The translations under genes were made by a program, and so were the position numbers. DNA of 32,000 nucleotides from contig NZ_JBHSTI010000008.1 of assembly GCF_042660085.1 (NCBI RefSeq), positions 60,001 to 92,000 of the forward strand. The letters run 5' to 3'. Below the pieces are notes generated by a model. That model made no database searches. It was given only the letters and a program-made list of their open reading frames with translations, and had not been told where the DNA came from. Below are positions 11,453 through 18,339 of this stretch, piece after piece (position 1 is the first letter of the stretch; the number at the start of each line of letters is the position of its first letter). The DNA comes from Longivirga aurantiaca. GTDB lineage: Bacteria; Actinomycetota; Actinomycetes; S36-B12; CAIYMF01.

Positions 11453-12829
11453 TCAGACCGCGAACCTCGCGCAGGCGCGCAGGCCGCCTGCCGGGGACTC
11501 GTCGAGCCAGACGCTGCCGCCGCCCGCCTGGGCGAGCGATGCGACCACCGCGAGGCCGAGGCCGCTGCCGCCGCCGTCCTGACGTCCGCGCCAGAAGCGG
11601 TCGAACGCGCGCTCGCGGTCCTCGCGCGAGAGGCCCGGGCCCTCGTCGTCCACCGTGAGCGTGACGCCGTCGGGGCTGCTGCGGACCGTCACGACGATGC
11701 GGCTGCCGTCGGGGACGACGTCGAGCGCGTTGTCGAGGTAGTTGTCGACGATCTGCTCCACGGCGCTCGGCACCGCCTGGGCCACCGCCATGCCGGGGGA
11801 GTCGAGCACGATCGTCACGTCGCGCTCGGCGGCGAGCGGCATCCAGGACTCGACGCGGTCGCGGGCGACGGCGGAGACGTCGATCGGCACGGTGTCCTGC
11901 TCGCGGCCGTCGGCGCGAGCGAGCATGAGCAGGCCGTCGACGAGGCGGCCGAGGCGGTCGATCTCGTCGCGTGCGGCGTCCACCTGGTCGACGGCGGGGT
12001 CGTCCTCGTCCATCACCTCGGCCGCGCGGTCGAGGCGCAGGCGCAGGGTCGCGAGCGGTGTGCGCAGCTGGTGCGACGCGTCGCCGGCGAAGCCCTTCTG
12101 CGACTCCACGACGTGCTGCACGCGATCGGCCATGGTGTTGAAGGAGTCGGCGAGCTCGGCGATCTCGTCGCCGCCCGACACGTCTGCGCGCGCGGCCAGG
12201 TCGCCCTCGGCGATGTCCTCGGCGGCGTCGCGCAGGCGGCGGATGCGGCGGGTGACGGCCGAGGCCACGAGCGCCGCGATGATCGCGGCTGCGAGCAGCG
12301 TGATGGCCGCCGCGATGAAGAGCCCGCGCACGCGGCCGTTGACCACCTCGTCGATCGCGCTGACGGGATAGCTGAGGCGCACCGCGCCGAGGTTGGTCTG
12401 GGTGCTGGTGCGGACCGGCACCGCCACGAACAGCAGGGGTTCGCCGAGGGTCTGCGAGTCGCGCTGGCCGGACACCGCGCGGCCGTCGTCTATCGCGGCC
12501 TTGATCTCGGGCCGGTTGGCGTACGACTCGCCCACGCTGTCGTCGGACGCCGCGATGACGACGCCCTTCTGGTCGACGATCACGACGACGGCCCCGGTCT
12601 TCGTGGCGTACTCGTTCACCACGGCATCGAGCTGGGCCTGGGTGAGGGCTCCGGCCTCGGCCTCGAGCGACTCGACGGCGAGCCCGGCGATCGCGAAGGC
12701 GTCGCGCTGCAGCCCGGTGACGATGCGGTCGTACTCCACCGTGCGCAGGTACTGCGCGAGCGGGATGTTCTGCACCAGCAGGACGATCGCCGTGAATCCC
12801 ACCAGCACGGCGATGAGGCGCCACCTCAT
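11453..12829 (-). CDS. Sensor histidine kinase (TM - extracytoplasmic domain - TM - HAMP - HisKA - HATPase)
   Basis: The start is taken at the internal ATG 12829 (MRWRLIAVLVGFTAIVLLV...), which begins with a TM helix. H-box SHQLRTPL, HAMP segment (AEGDLAARADVSGGDEIAELADSFNTM) and the G-box GSGLGLAVV are present. Confidence 0.9.
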   Translation of the reverse strand: MRWRLIAVLVGFTAIVLLVQNIPLAQYLRTVEYDRIVTGLQRDAFAIAGLAVESLEAEAGALTQAQLDAVVNEYATKTGAVVVIVDQKGVVIAASDDSVGESYANRPEIKAAIDDGRAVSGQRDSQTLGEPLLFVAVPVRTSTQTNLGAVRLSYPVSAIDEVVNGRVRGLFIAAAITLLAAAIIAALVASAVTRRIRRLRDAAEDIAEGDLAARADVSGGDEIAELADSFNTMADRVQHVVESQKGFAGDASHQLRTPLATLRLRLDRAAEVMDEDDPAVDQVDAARDEIDRLGRLVDGLLMLARADGREQDTVPIDVSAVARDRVESWMPLAAERDVTIVLDSPGMAVAQAVPSAVEQIVDNYLDNALDVVPDGSRIVVTVRSSPDGVTLTVDDEGPGLSREDRERAFDRFWRGRQDGGGSGLGLAVVASLAQAGGGSVWLDESPAGGLRACARFAV

Positions 12830-12845
12830 GCGGCTGCCCTGACGG

Positions 12846-13571
12846 TCACGGGGAGCCGAGCCGGAACCCGACGCCGCGGACGGCCTCGACCCACGCGGGG
12901 TCTCCCAGCTTCTTGCGGATCGCGGCCACGTGCGCATCGACCGTCTTGGTCGCGCCGTACCAGTGGCCGTCCCACACGTGCTCGAGGATCTCGGTGCGCC
13001 GGCGCACGGCGCCCGGGTCCTCGGCGAGGTAGGCGAGGACGTCGAACTCCTTGGCGGTCAGCTGCACCTCCTCGCCGTCGATGTGCACCCGCTGCGCGCG
13101 GCGGTCGATGCTCAGCCGACCGAGCTCCTGCGCGCCGCCCCCTGCCGTCGCCGTCGGGGAGGCGGGTGCGGCCGTCGTGGCCGTCGAGGTCGAGCGTCGC
13201 ATCACGGCGCGGATCCGGGCGGCGAGCTCGCGCATGCCGTAGGGCTTGGTGAGGTAGTCGTCGGCGCCGAGCTCGAGCGCGATCACACGGTCGGCCTCGT
13301 CTCCGCGCGCGGAGACGACGATGACCGGCACCTCGGAGGCCGCCCGGATGCGGCGGCACACCTCCTGGCCGTCGATGTCGGGCAGCCCGAGGTCGAGCAG
13401 GATCACGTCCGGCGAGGGGTCGGAGGAGGCCACGGAGTCGAGCGCGGCCTGGCCGGTCGCCACGTGGTCGACCGTGAACCCCTGGGCGGCGAGCCCGTCG
13501 ACGGCGGAGGCCGCGAGGCCGGGGTCGTCCTCCACAAGCAGAATGCGCACGGGCACATCGTCGCAGGTCAC
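12846..13571 (-). CDS. OmpR/PhoB-family response regulator (receiver + winged helix)
   Basis: RILLVEDD...ILLDLGLPDIDG...LTKPY receiver motifs are followed by LTAKEFDVLAYL...VRGVGFRL of the winged-helix domain. The inter-domain linker is unusually long and Ala/Thr/Pro-rich. The start is GTG 13571, with 13556/13550 also possible. Confidence 0.9.
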   Translation of the reverse strand: MTCDDVPVRILLVEDDPGLAASAVDGLAAQGFTVDHVATGQAALDSVASSDPSPDVILLDLGLPDIDGQEVCRRIRAASEVPVIVVSARGDEADRVIALELGADDYLTKPYGMRELAARIRAVMRRSTSTATTAAPASPTATAGGGAQELGRLSIDRRAQRVHIDGEEVQLTAKEFDVLAYLAEDPGAVRRRTEILEHVWDGHWYGATKTVDAHVAAIRKKLGDPAWVEAVRGVGFRLGSP

Positions 13572-13621
13572 GACGCCGCCACGTGCCTCCGGACACGGTG
13601 CGCGACGAAGTCGACCCGGAT

Positions 13622-13640
13622 CTTGGACGTCCCTTGGACG
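13622..13640. promoter_or_regulatory. 11-nt-phased direct repeat CTTGGACG / CTTGGACG in the divergent RR / secreted-protein promoter region
   Basis: CTTGGACGTCC|CTTGGACG at 13622-13629 and 13633-13640. The repeat lies 51 nt from the RR start and 68 nt from the 13708 start. The geometry fits a winged-helix RR site. Confidence 0.45.
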
Positions 13641-13707
13641 AGCGGGGGAGCCCCGTGGGACGCACGTCGCCTACCGTGGAGAGGTGAGACGATCGAAGGA
13701 GGCTCCC

Positions 13708-14130
13708 GTGCGACGCATCACGACCGTGACGGCACTGTCCGTCGCCGGAGTGCTCCTCGCCGCGGGCACTGCCGCAGCCCTCAACGCCCAGGTGCTCGGC
13801 GGCCCGAGCCGCACCTCGGTCGGCACTGCGGACAGCCTGCTGCCGGATGACCCCTTCTCCTCGCCCACCCTCGGCGAGGCGGGCTCGCCGAGCCCGTCGG
13901 ACGAGCCGAGCGAGAGCGCCGAGCCCACGAAGAAGCCGTCGCCGTCGGCCACCAAGGCCTCCCGGCCGGCCTCCCCCTCGACCGTGCCCAGCACCGGCGC
14001 CGGCTCCACCACTGAGCCCGGCGACGACAAGGGCGGCGACAACAGCGGCTCGGGCAGCTCGGGCGGCTCGGACGACGACAGCAGCGGCAAGGGCGGCTCG
14101 GACGACGACAGCACGGTCGACGACGACTGA
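13708..14130 (+). CDS. Secreted or membrane-anchored low-complexity Ser/Pro/Asp-rich protein (140 aa)
   Basis: GTG at 13708 with GAAGGAGG 5 nt upstream. There is an N-terminal hydrophobic signal/anchor (ITTVTALSVAGVLLAAGTAAALNA). The C-terminus has GGSDDDS repeated twice and ends VDDD. GC3 is high. Confidence 0.7.
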   Translation: MRRITTVTALSVAGVLLAAGTAAALNAQVLGGPSRTSVGTADSLLPDDPFSSPTLGEAGSPSPSDEPSESAEPTKKPSPSATKASRPASPSTVPSTGAGSTTEPGDDKGGDNSGSGSSGGSDDDSSGKGGSDDDSTVDDD

Positions 14131-14167
14131 TCGTCCGGCTCCCGCCGTACCGCACCCTGCACTGACT

Positions 14168-14229
14168 CGAGTTACTGCCCAAGGTGGGGCTTCGGGCAGG
14201 CCCAACACCCCACTATGGGCAGTAACTCG
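14168..14229. repeat. Compound hairpin with 14-bp AT-richer outer arms (possible terminator or REP-like element)
   Basis: CGAGTTACTGCCCA (14168-14181) pairs with TGGGCAGTAACTCG (14216-14229). After a 2x2 internal loop, GTGGGG (14184-14189) pairs with CCCCAC (14208-14213). The element starts 38 nt after the 14130 stop. Confidence 0.55.
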
Positions 14230-14306
14230 CGCCTCTTCGCGGCACGGCTGCCGCCCGATCGAGCCCGGACCGAGACCGGCGGACCGACGCACGTTGCTGC
14301 GAACGG

Positions 14307-15071
14307 GTGACCGGTCGCCGTACTCTGGCCCCCATGGTGAGGCGCCCCGAGTCGAGGCACGCCCGCCCCTCCGGACGAGCGGCGGTGGCGGCGGCCTACG
14401 ACCGCGTCCAGGGCGAGCTCACCGCCGTCCGGTCCCAGCACTGGACCGACCAGCTCGAGATGATCCGGCTCACCAGCCTCACCCGTGAGCTCACCACCCA
14501 GGTCGCGGCGCTCCAGCAGGAGCTCGGGACGGTGCGCGAGGAGCTGAACACCGCCCGCTCGACGCCGCCCGTGGTCGTCGAGGTGCCCGCCGGCGGATGG
14601 TCGAGCGTGGCCCCGCCCGAGGCCTGGGCCGTCTCCGCCCCGCCCGGATGGGCACCCGCGCGGCAGCCCGCGTGGGCGCCGCAGCCGTACGCCGCCCCGC
14701 CCGAAGCCTGGGTCCAGCAGGCGCCGGCCCCCGCACCCCAGCCGTCCCTGCGCGAGGACCTCCTGCTGCAGGAGATGGCCGAGCTGCGCCGGCTCGTCAC
14801 GCACCAGCAGACGCTGCTCGCCGACCTGACCGTGCGCCTGCTCGACCTGCTCGCCCGGTTCATCCCGGTCGCCCCGCCGCAGCAGGCGCACGCCGCCCCC
14901 GCGCAGCCGCAGCCGCAGCCGTACCCCGCCCCGCAGGCCGCGGCACCGCAGGCGGCGCCTGCCGCGGCGTACGCACCGCCGGCCACCCTCTACCAGGCGC
15001 CGGAGGACCTCGTCATGGACGACGAGACCGCCTCCCGGCTGCGCGTGATCCGCGAAGCCTTCGGCCGCTGA
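14307..15071 (+). CDS. Pro/Ala-rich coiled-coil hypothetical protein
   Basis: GC3 is high throughout. Heptad-like segments (QLEMIRLTSLTRELTTQVAALQQELGTVREEL; LLLQEMAELRRLVTHQQTLLADLTVRLLDLL) flank PPEAW/PPGW repeats. The start is uncertain: GTG 14307 or ATG 14334. Confidence 0.6.
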   Translation: MTGRRTLAPMVRRPESRHARPSGRAAVAAAYDRVQGELTAVRSQHWTDQLEMIRLTSLTRELTTQVAALQQELGTVREELNTARSTPPVVVEVPAGGWSSVAPPEAWAVSAPPGWAPARQPAWAPQPYAAPPEAWVQQAPAPAPQPSLREDLLLQEMAELRRLVTHQQTLLADLTVRLLDLLARFIPVAPPQQAHAAPAQPQPQPYPAPQAAAPQAAPAAAYAPPATLYQAPEDLVMDDETASRLRVIREAFGR

Positions 15072-15082
15072 TCTACGCCCGA

Positions 15083-15104
15083 GTTCACCGATCGTTCACC
15101 GACG
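15083..15104 (+). promoter_or_regulatory. Tandem 11-nt direct repeat GTTCACCGATC|GTTCACCGACG (PHO-box-like)
   Basis: Two exact GTTCACC cores spaced 11 nt apart lie about 70 nt upstream of the 15176 ATG. A second tandem copy lies at 22072-22093. Confidence 0.5.
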
Positions 15105-15175
15105 GCTGTGCCGGTGTGCCCCCCGCGACGCCGTGCGAGCGCCTAGCGTGGCCCTCGACCTGAGGGAGGCACGAC

Positions 15176-15541
15176 ATGACGACCGTCCACGGCGTGTTCG
15201 CGAGCGCCAAGGAGCACCGCTCGCTCGAGAGCGGCGACATCGTGTTCGCCGCCGGTGACACCGGTGCGGCGATGTTCGGTGTGGTGAGCGGCTCGGTGCA
15301 GCTGCGCGACGGCGACGACGTCGTCACCACGCTCGGCGCGGGCGACACCTTCGGCGAGCTCGCGATCATCTCCAAGGCACCGCGCAGCCTGACCGCGGTC
15401 GCCGCCGAGCCGACGACGATCGCGGTGATCGACGAGCGCACGTTCATCTTCCTGGTGCACGAGACGCCGACGTTCGCGCTGCAGGTCATGCGCTCGCTCG
15501 CGGCGCGCATCCGCTCCCTCGACGAGATCCGGCTGAGCTGA
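15176..15541 (+). CDS. Stand-alone cyclic-nucleotide-binding domain protein (121 aa)
   Basis: GAGGGAGG lies 6 nt upstream of the ATG. GDTFGELAIISKAPRSLTAVA matches the FGE...R(S/T)A phosphate-binding cassette of cNMP-binding domains. No DNA-binding or other output domain follows. Confidence 0.85.
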   Translation: MTTVHGVFASAKEHRSLESGDIVFAAGDTGAAMFGVVSGSVQLRDGDDVVTTLGAGDTFGELAIISKAPRSLTAVAAEPTTIAVIDERTFIFLVHETPTFALQVMRSLAARIRSLDEIRLS

Positions 15542-15574
15542 CCGGCCGGCCGGCCTCGGTGCTGGCCTGACGGG

Positions 15575-16231
15575 TCAGGCGCGTACTCCAGCGATGTAGT
15601 CGTCGTACTGCTTCTGGCCGACGGCGTGGAACGCCTCGCGCGCAGGCGGTGGCATCGTGCCGAGCATCGCCTCGGCCACGGGTGCCGGGGCCTCCTCCAG
15701 GAGCATCCCGAAGATCACGAACGCGGTGTCGGGCGTGAGGTGCGAACGCGCGTGCGCGCCGATCGCGTCCCACTCGTCCACCGTGAGCACGCGCTCCGCG
15801 AGCGGGAGCACCTCGGACTCCTCCTCGGCGAGGTGGGCGATGAGCACGCGGTCGACCGCCGCGATAGCCGCTGCCGCCTCCTCCCGGGCCGCCGCGGTCG
15901 GGTCGGCCTGCCAGCGCGGCACGGCGGAGTCGGCGGTCTCGAGCGCGGTGCCGAGGTCGGCGTGCTCGCGCTGCATCCGGGCCACGAGCTCGGCGGCCTC
16001 GGGTGCGCGCTGGTGCAGCACGGGCCAGAGCGCGACGTCCTCGCCCTCGTGGTGGATGTGCAGCAGTCGAGCCATCAGTGCGTAGTGGCCGCCGACCACC
16101 GCTGAGCGGTCCGTGTCGTCGTCCGCGACGCCGCGCACGAGCGCCGGCAGCGCCCCGATCTCGCGCCGCAGCGCGGTGTGCACGACGAGCATGTCGCGGG
16201 TGTCGGGTCGTGCCTTGTCGAGCTGGGTCAT
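15575..16231 (-). CDS. Hemerythrin (HHE cation-binding) domain protein
   Basis: 218 aa with spaced His/Glu motifs (VVHTALRRE, HIHHEGED, REHADL, HLAEEESE) typical of actinobacterial hemerythrin-domain proteins. Confidence 0.8.
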   Translation of the reverse strand: MTQLDKARPDTRDMLVVHTALRREIGALPALVRGVADDDTDRSAVVGGHYALMARLLHIHHEGEDVALWPVLHQRAPEAAELVARMQREHADLGTALETADSAVPRWQADPTAAAREEAAAAIAAVDRVLIAHLAEEESEVLPLAERVLTVDEWDAIGAHARSHLTPDTAFVIFGMLLEEAPAPVAEAMLGTMPPPAREAFHAVGQKQYDDYIAGVRA

Positions 16232-16324
16232 GGTGTGCTCCGTATGGCCGCGCGCCCAATGAGACGCAGCGACGTTAGCGAGAGCGCCGGACCCGTGCGC
16301 GGGGATTCCCGATCTCGTGCAGGG

Positions 16325-16711
16325 TCAGGCGCGGACGCCGAGCGAGGCGTCGTGCGCCCGGGCGATGCCGGGCAGGTAGCGGTCCAGTGCCGCCTGTGCC
16401 TCGGACACGGGCGCGTTGACGTAGACGTTGATACCGCGCCCGTCGTCGGGGATCGTGATGGCCTCGATCTGCAGCGAGTCGGCCAAGGTCCAGGCCGTCT
16501 CGCGCGCGACGATGAGCTCCTCACGGGTGTGCGTCGCGTCCTCGAGCACGAGCGGGACGGCGTCGCCGATCAGCAGCCGGAGCTCGGAGTCGAACCCATG
16601 GTTGGGCACGCGGAAGACGGTGACGGTGCCCTGCTCCTCGTCGGCGCGTGCGCCGGAGAACCAGGCCCGCCCTGCGTGATGGCCGAACTGACGTGCGAGG
16701 TCTGCGACCAT
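16325..16711 (-). CDS. Hypothetical protein (about 128 aa)
   Basis: GC3 is high from ATG 16711 (MVADLARQFGHH...), with AGGGA about 8 nt upstream. The longer ORF to 16873 adds an Arg/Gly/Cys-rich stretch that looks non-coding. No family is recognised. Confidence 0.5.
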   Translation of the reverse strand: MVADLARQFGHHAGRAWFSGARADEEQGTVTVFRVPNHGFDSELRLLIGDAVPLVLEDATHTREELIVARETAWTLADSLQIEAITIPDDGRGINVYVNAPVSEAQAALDRYLPGIARAHDASLGVRA

Positions 16712-17052
16712 CGCGACGTCCCTGCCGGCGCCGAAGGGGTCCGCGCTCACAGGCCGATGATGCTCCGCGCGGCCCCGAAACGCACGGGTTGCCCATGGAA
16801 TCCGCGCCTCGACATGGCCCTCCATCACGCAGCGTCGATCACAACCCCGGCCACGCTGACGATCAGTGACCACGCCCCCGCCATCACCCGAACCTCGCTT
16901 CCGGACCCCTGGGGTCGATCACGGCAGTTGAACTGCGCTCGTAGACCCGTACTCGTGATCTTGGACGCCGCCTCGCTGCGCGCGGCTGTCGCACGCCGAC
17001 TGCACGTGCCGGCCCTCGGGGTCAGAACGTGGACTCGAACTGCGTTGATCCA

Positions 17053-17098
17053 CCCCCAAGGGTCACCGGGTGCACCGGGTCACCGGGTGCAGTGGGGG
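17053..17098. repeat. CACCGGGT x3 direct repeat bracketed by CCCCCA / TGGGGG
   Basis: Copies lie at 17064-17071, 17073-17080 and 17081-17088. The outer inverted repeat is 17053-17058 with 17093-17098. The element lies 18-63 nt downstream of the NuoD-like stop, so it may act as a terminator. Confidence 0.4.
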
Positions 17099-17115
17099 CG
17101 GCGGGGGTACGGCGA

Positions 17116-18291
17116 TCAGGCGTCGACGTCGCCGACGACGTACGGGCAGGTCGCGAGGATCGTCACGAGGTCTGCCACGCGGGCGCCGACGAGCAGCTCG
17201 CCGAGCACCGCGACGTTGCTGAACGACGCGCTGCGCAGCGCGAGCCGCCACGGCGTCTTCTCCGCGCGCGACACCAGCAGCCAGCCGCTCGTGCCGAGCG
17301 GGTTCTCGGTCCACACGTAGGTCATGCCCTCCGGCGCCCGCAGCACCTTGGGCAGCTTGAGGTTCACCGGTGCCGGGCCGATCGCGTCGAGCCGGTCGGC
17401 GCACGCGGCGACGACGTCCAGCGAGACGTACGTCTGCTCGAGCAGCACCTCGAGCCGTGCGAGCGCGTCGCCCTCGGACCGGGTCACGACGCGGAACACG
17501 CCCGCGTCGGCCAGCGAGGCGTACGCGAGGTAGGGGTCGTCGCGGCGCAGGTCGAGATCGACGCCGGCGGCGCGGGCCATCGGGCCGGACACTCCGTACG
17601 CCTGCACCTGCTCGGCCGTGAGCACCCCGACGCCGCGGGTCGCGGCCCGCAGCTCGTCCGACGCGAGGAACGCCGCGGTGTGCTCGAGACCGGCGCGCAC
17701 GACCGGGAGGTGCTCACGCAGATGCGTGGTCCACGACGCGGGCACGTCCTCGCGCAGGCCGCCCACGCGGTTGAACATCAGGTGCATCCGGCCGCCGGTG
17801 GCCTCCTCGAGCACCCGCTGCACGGCCTCGCGCTCGACGGCGAGCGGGTACGCCGGACGCGCGACACCGGACGCCGCGGGGAACGAGCCGAGGAACGCGA
17901 GGTGCACGAGCACGCGGTTCAGCTCGGCGAGCAGGGTGCGCAGCCACACAGCCCGCTCGGGCACCTCCATGCCGAGCATCCGCTCGACCGCCAGCGCGAT
18001 GCCGAGCTCGTTGCCGAACGCCGACAGCCAGTCGTGCCGGTTCGCGAGCACCATCGCCTGGCGGTAGTCGCGCACCTCGAACAGCTTCTCCGCGCCCCGG
18101 TGCAGGAAGCCGATGCGCGGCTCCGCCTCCACGATCCGGTCGCCCTCGACGACGACGCGCAGCTGGATCACGCCGTGGCTCGACGGGTGCGCCGCACCGA
18201 GGTCGAGGCCCTGGGTGGGCAGCCCGTCGCGCGCGGGCACCGGCAGGCCGGAGCCCACCGAGAGCACCACCTCGTGCCGGGCCGCAGTCAT
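17116..18291 (-). CDS. Orphan NuoD-like protein (complex I 49-kDa / NiFe-hydrogenase large-subunit fold)
   Basis: 391 aa colinear with NuoD: [37 protein letters not shown] and a C-terminal VVGDVDA. It lacks the CxxC Ni-Fe ligands. No other nuo gene is in the window. Confidence 0.85.
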   Translation of the reverse strand: MTAARHEVVLSVGSGLPVPARDGLPTQGLDLGAAHPSSHGVIQLRVVVEGDRIVEAEPRIGFLHRGAEKLFEVRDYRQAMVLANRHDWLSAFGNELGIALAVERMLGMEVPERAVWLRTLLAELNRVLVHLAFLGSFPAASGVARPAYPLAVEREAVQRVLEEATGGRMHLMFNRVGGLREDVPASWTTHLREHLPVVRAGLEHTAAFLASDELRAATRGVGVLTAEQVQAYGVSGPMARAAGVDLDLRRDDPYLAYASLADAGVFRVVTRSEGDALARLEVLLEQTYVSLDVVAACADRLDAIGPAPVNLKLPKVLRAPEGMTYVWTENPLGTSGWLLVSRAEKTPWRLALRSASFSNVAVLGELLVGARVADLVTILATCPYVVGDVDA

Positions 18292-18300
18292 GGCCCGATC

Positions 18301-18311
18301 GTGTCAGACAC
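18301..18311. promoter_or_regulatory. Perfect palindrome GTGTCAGACAC in the 48-bp divergent intergenic region
   Basis: It is centred in the 18292-18339 gap between the NuoD-like (-) and YdbS-like (+) starts. The operator role is inferred only from position. Confidence 0.25.
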
Positions 18312-18339
18312 GTTCGGGGCGCGGGGTTAGGGTCGGATC

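Noticed and set aside
14870-14965. CAGCCG / GCCGCAG short tandem repeats, checked as a possible VNTR or CRISPR-like array
   Set aside because: They lie inside the high-GC3 coding frame and encode the PQ/PA-rich tract of the 14307..15071 protein. There is no spacer-repeat architecture.
16712-16873. Longer version of the 16325 ORF starting at 16873
   Set aside because: The extra 54 codons (RQRGRGCDRRC...) lack the GC3 pattern and look non-coding. ATG 16711 has an AGGGA ribosome-binding-site-like sequence. Uncertainty remains.
17034-17049. TCGAACTGCGTTGATC as a second LexA box
   Set aside because: Only the left half-site matches TCGAAC. The right half fails the GTTCGA consensus at most positions.
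17028-17050. tRNA-like T-arm sequence (GTTCGAGTCC on the minus strand) that could mark a tRNA fragment or att site
   Set aside because: The flanking bases cannot form the 5-bp T-stem or an acceptor stem, and no cloverleaf can be drawn.
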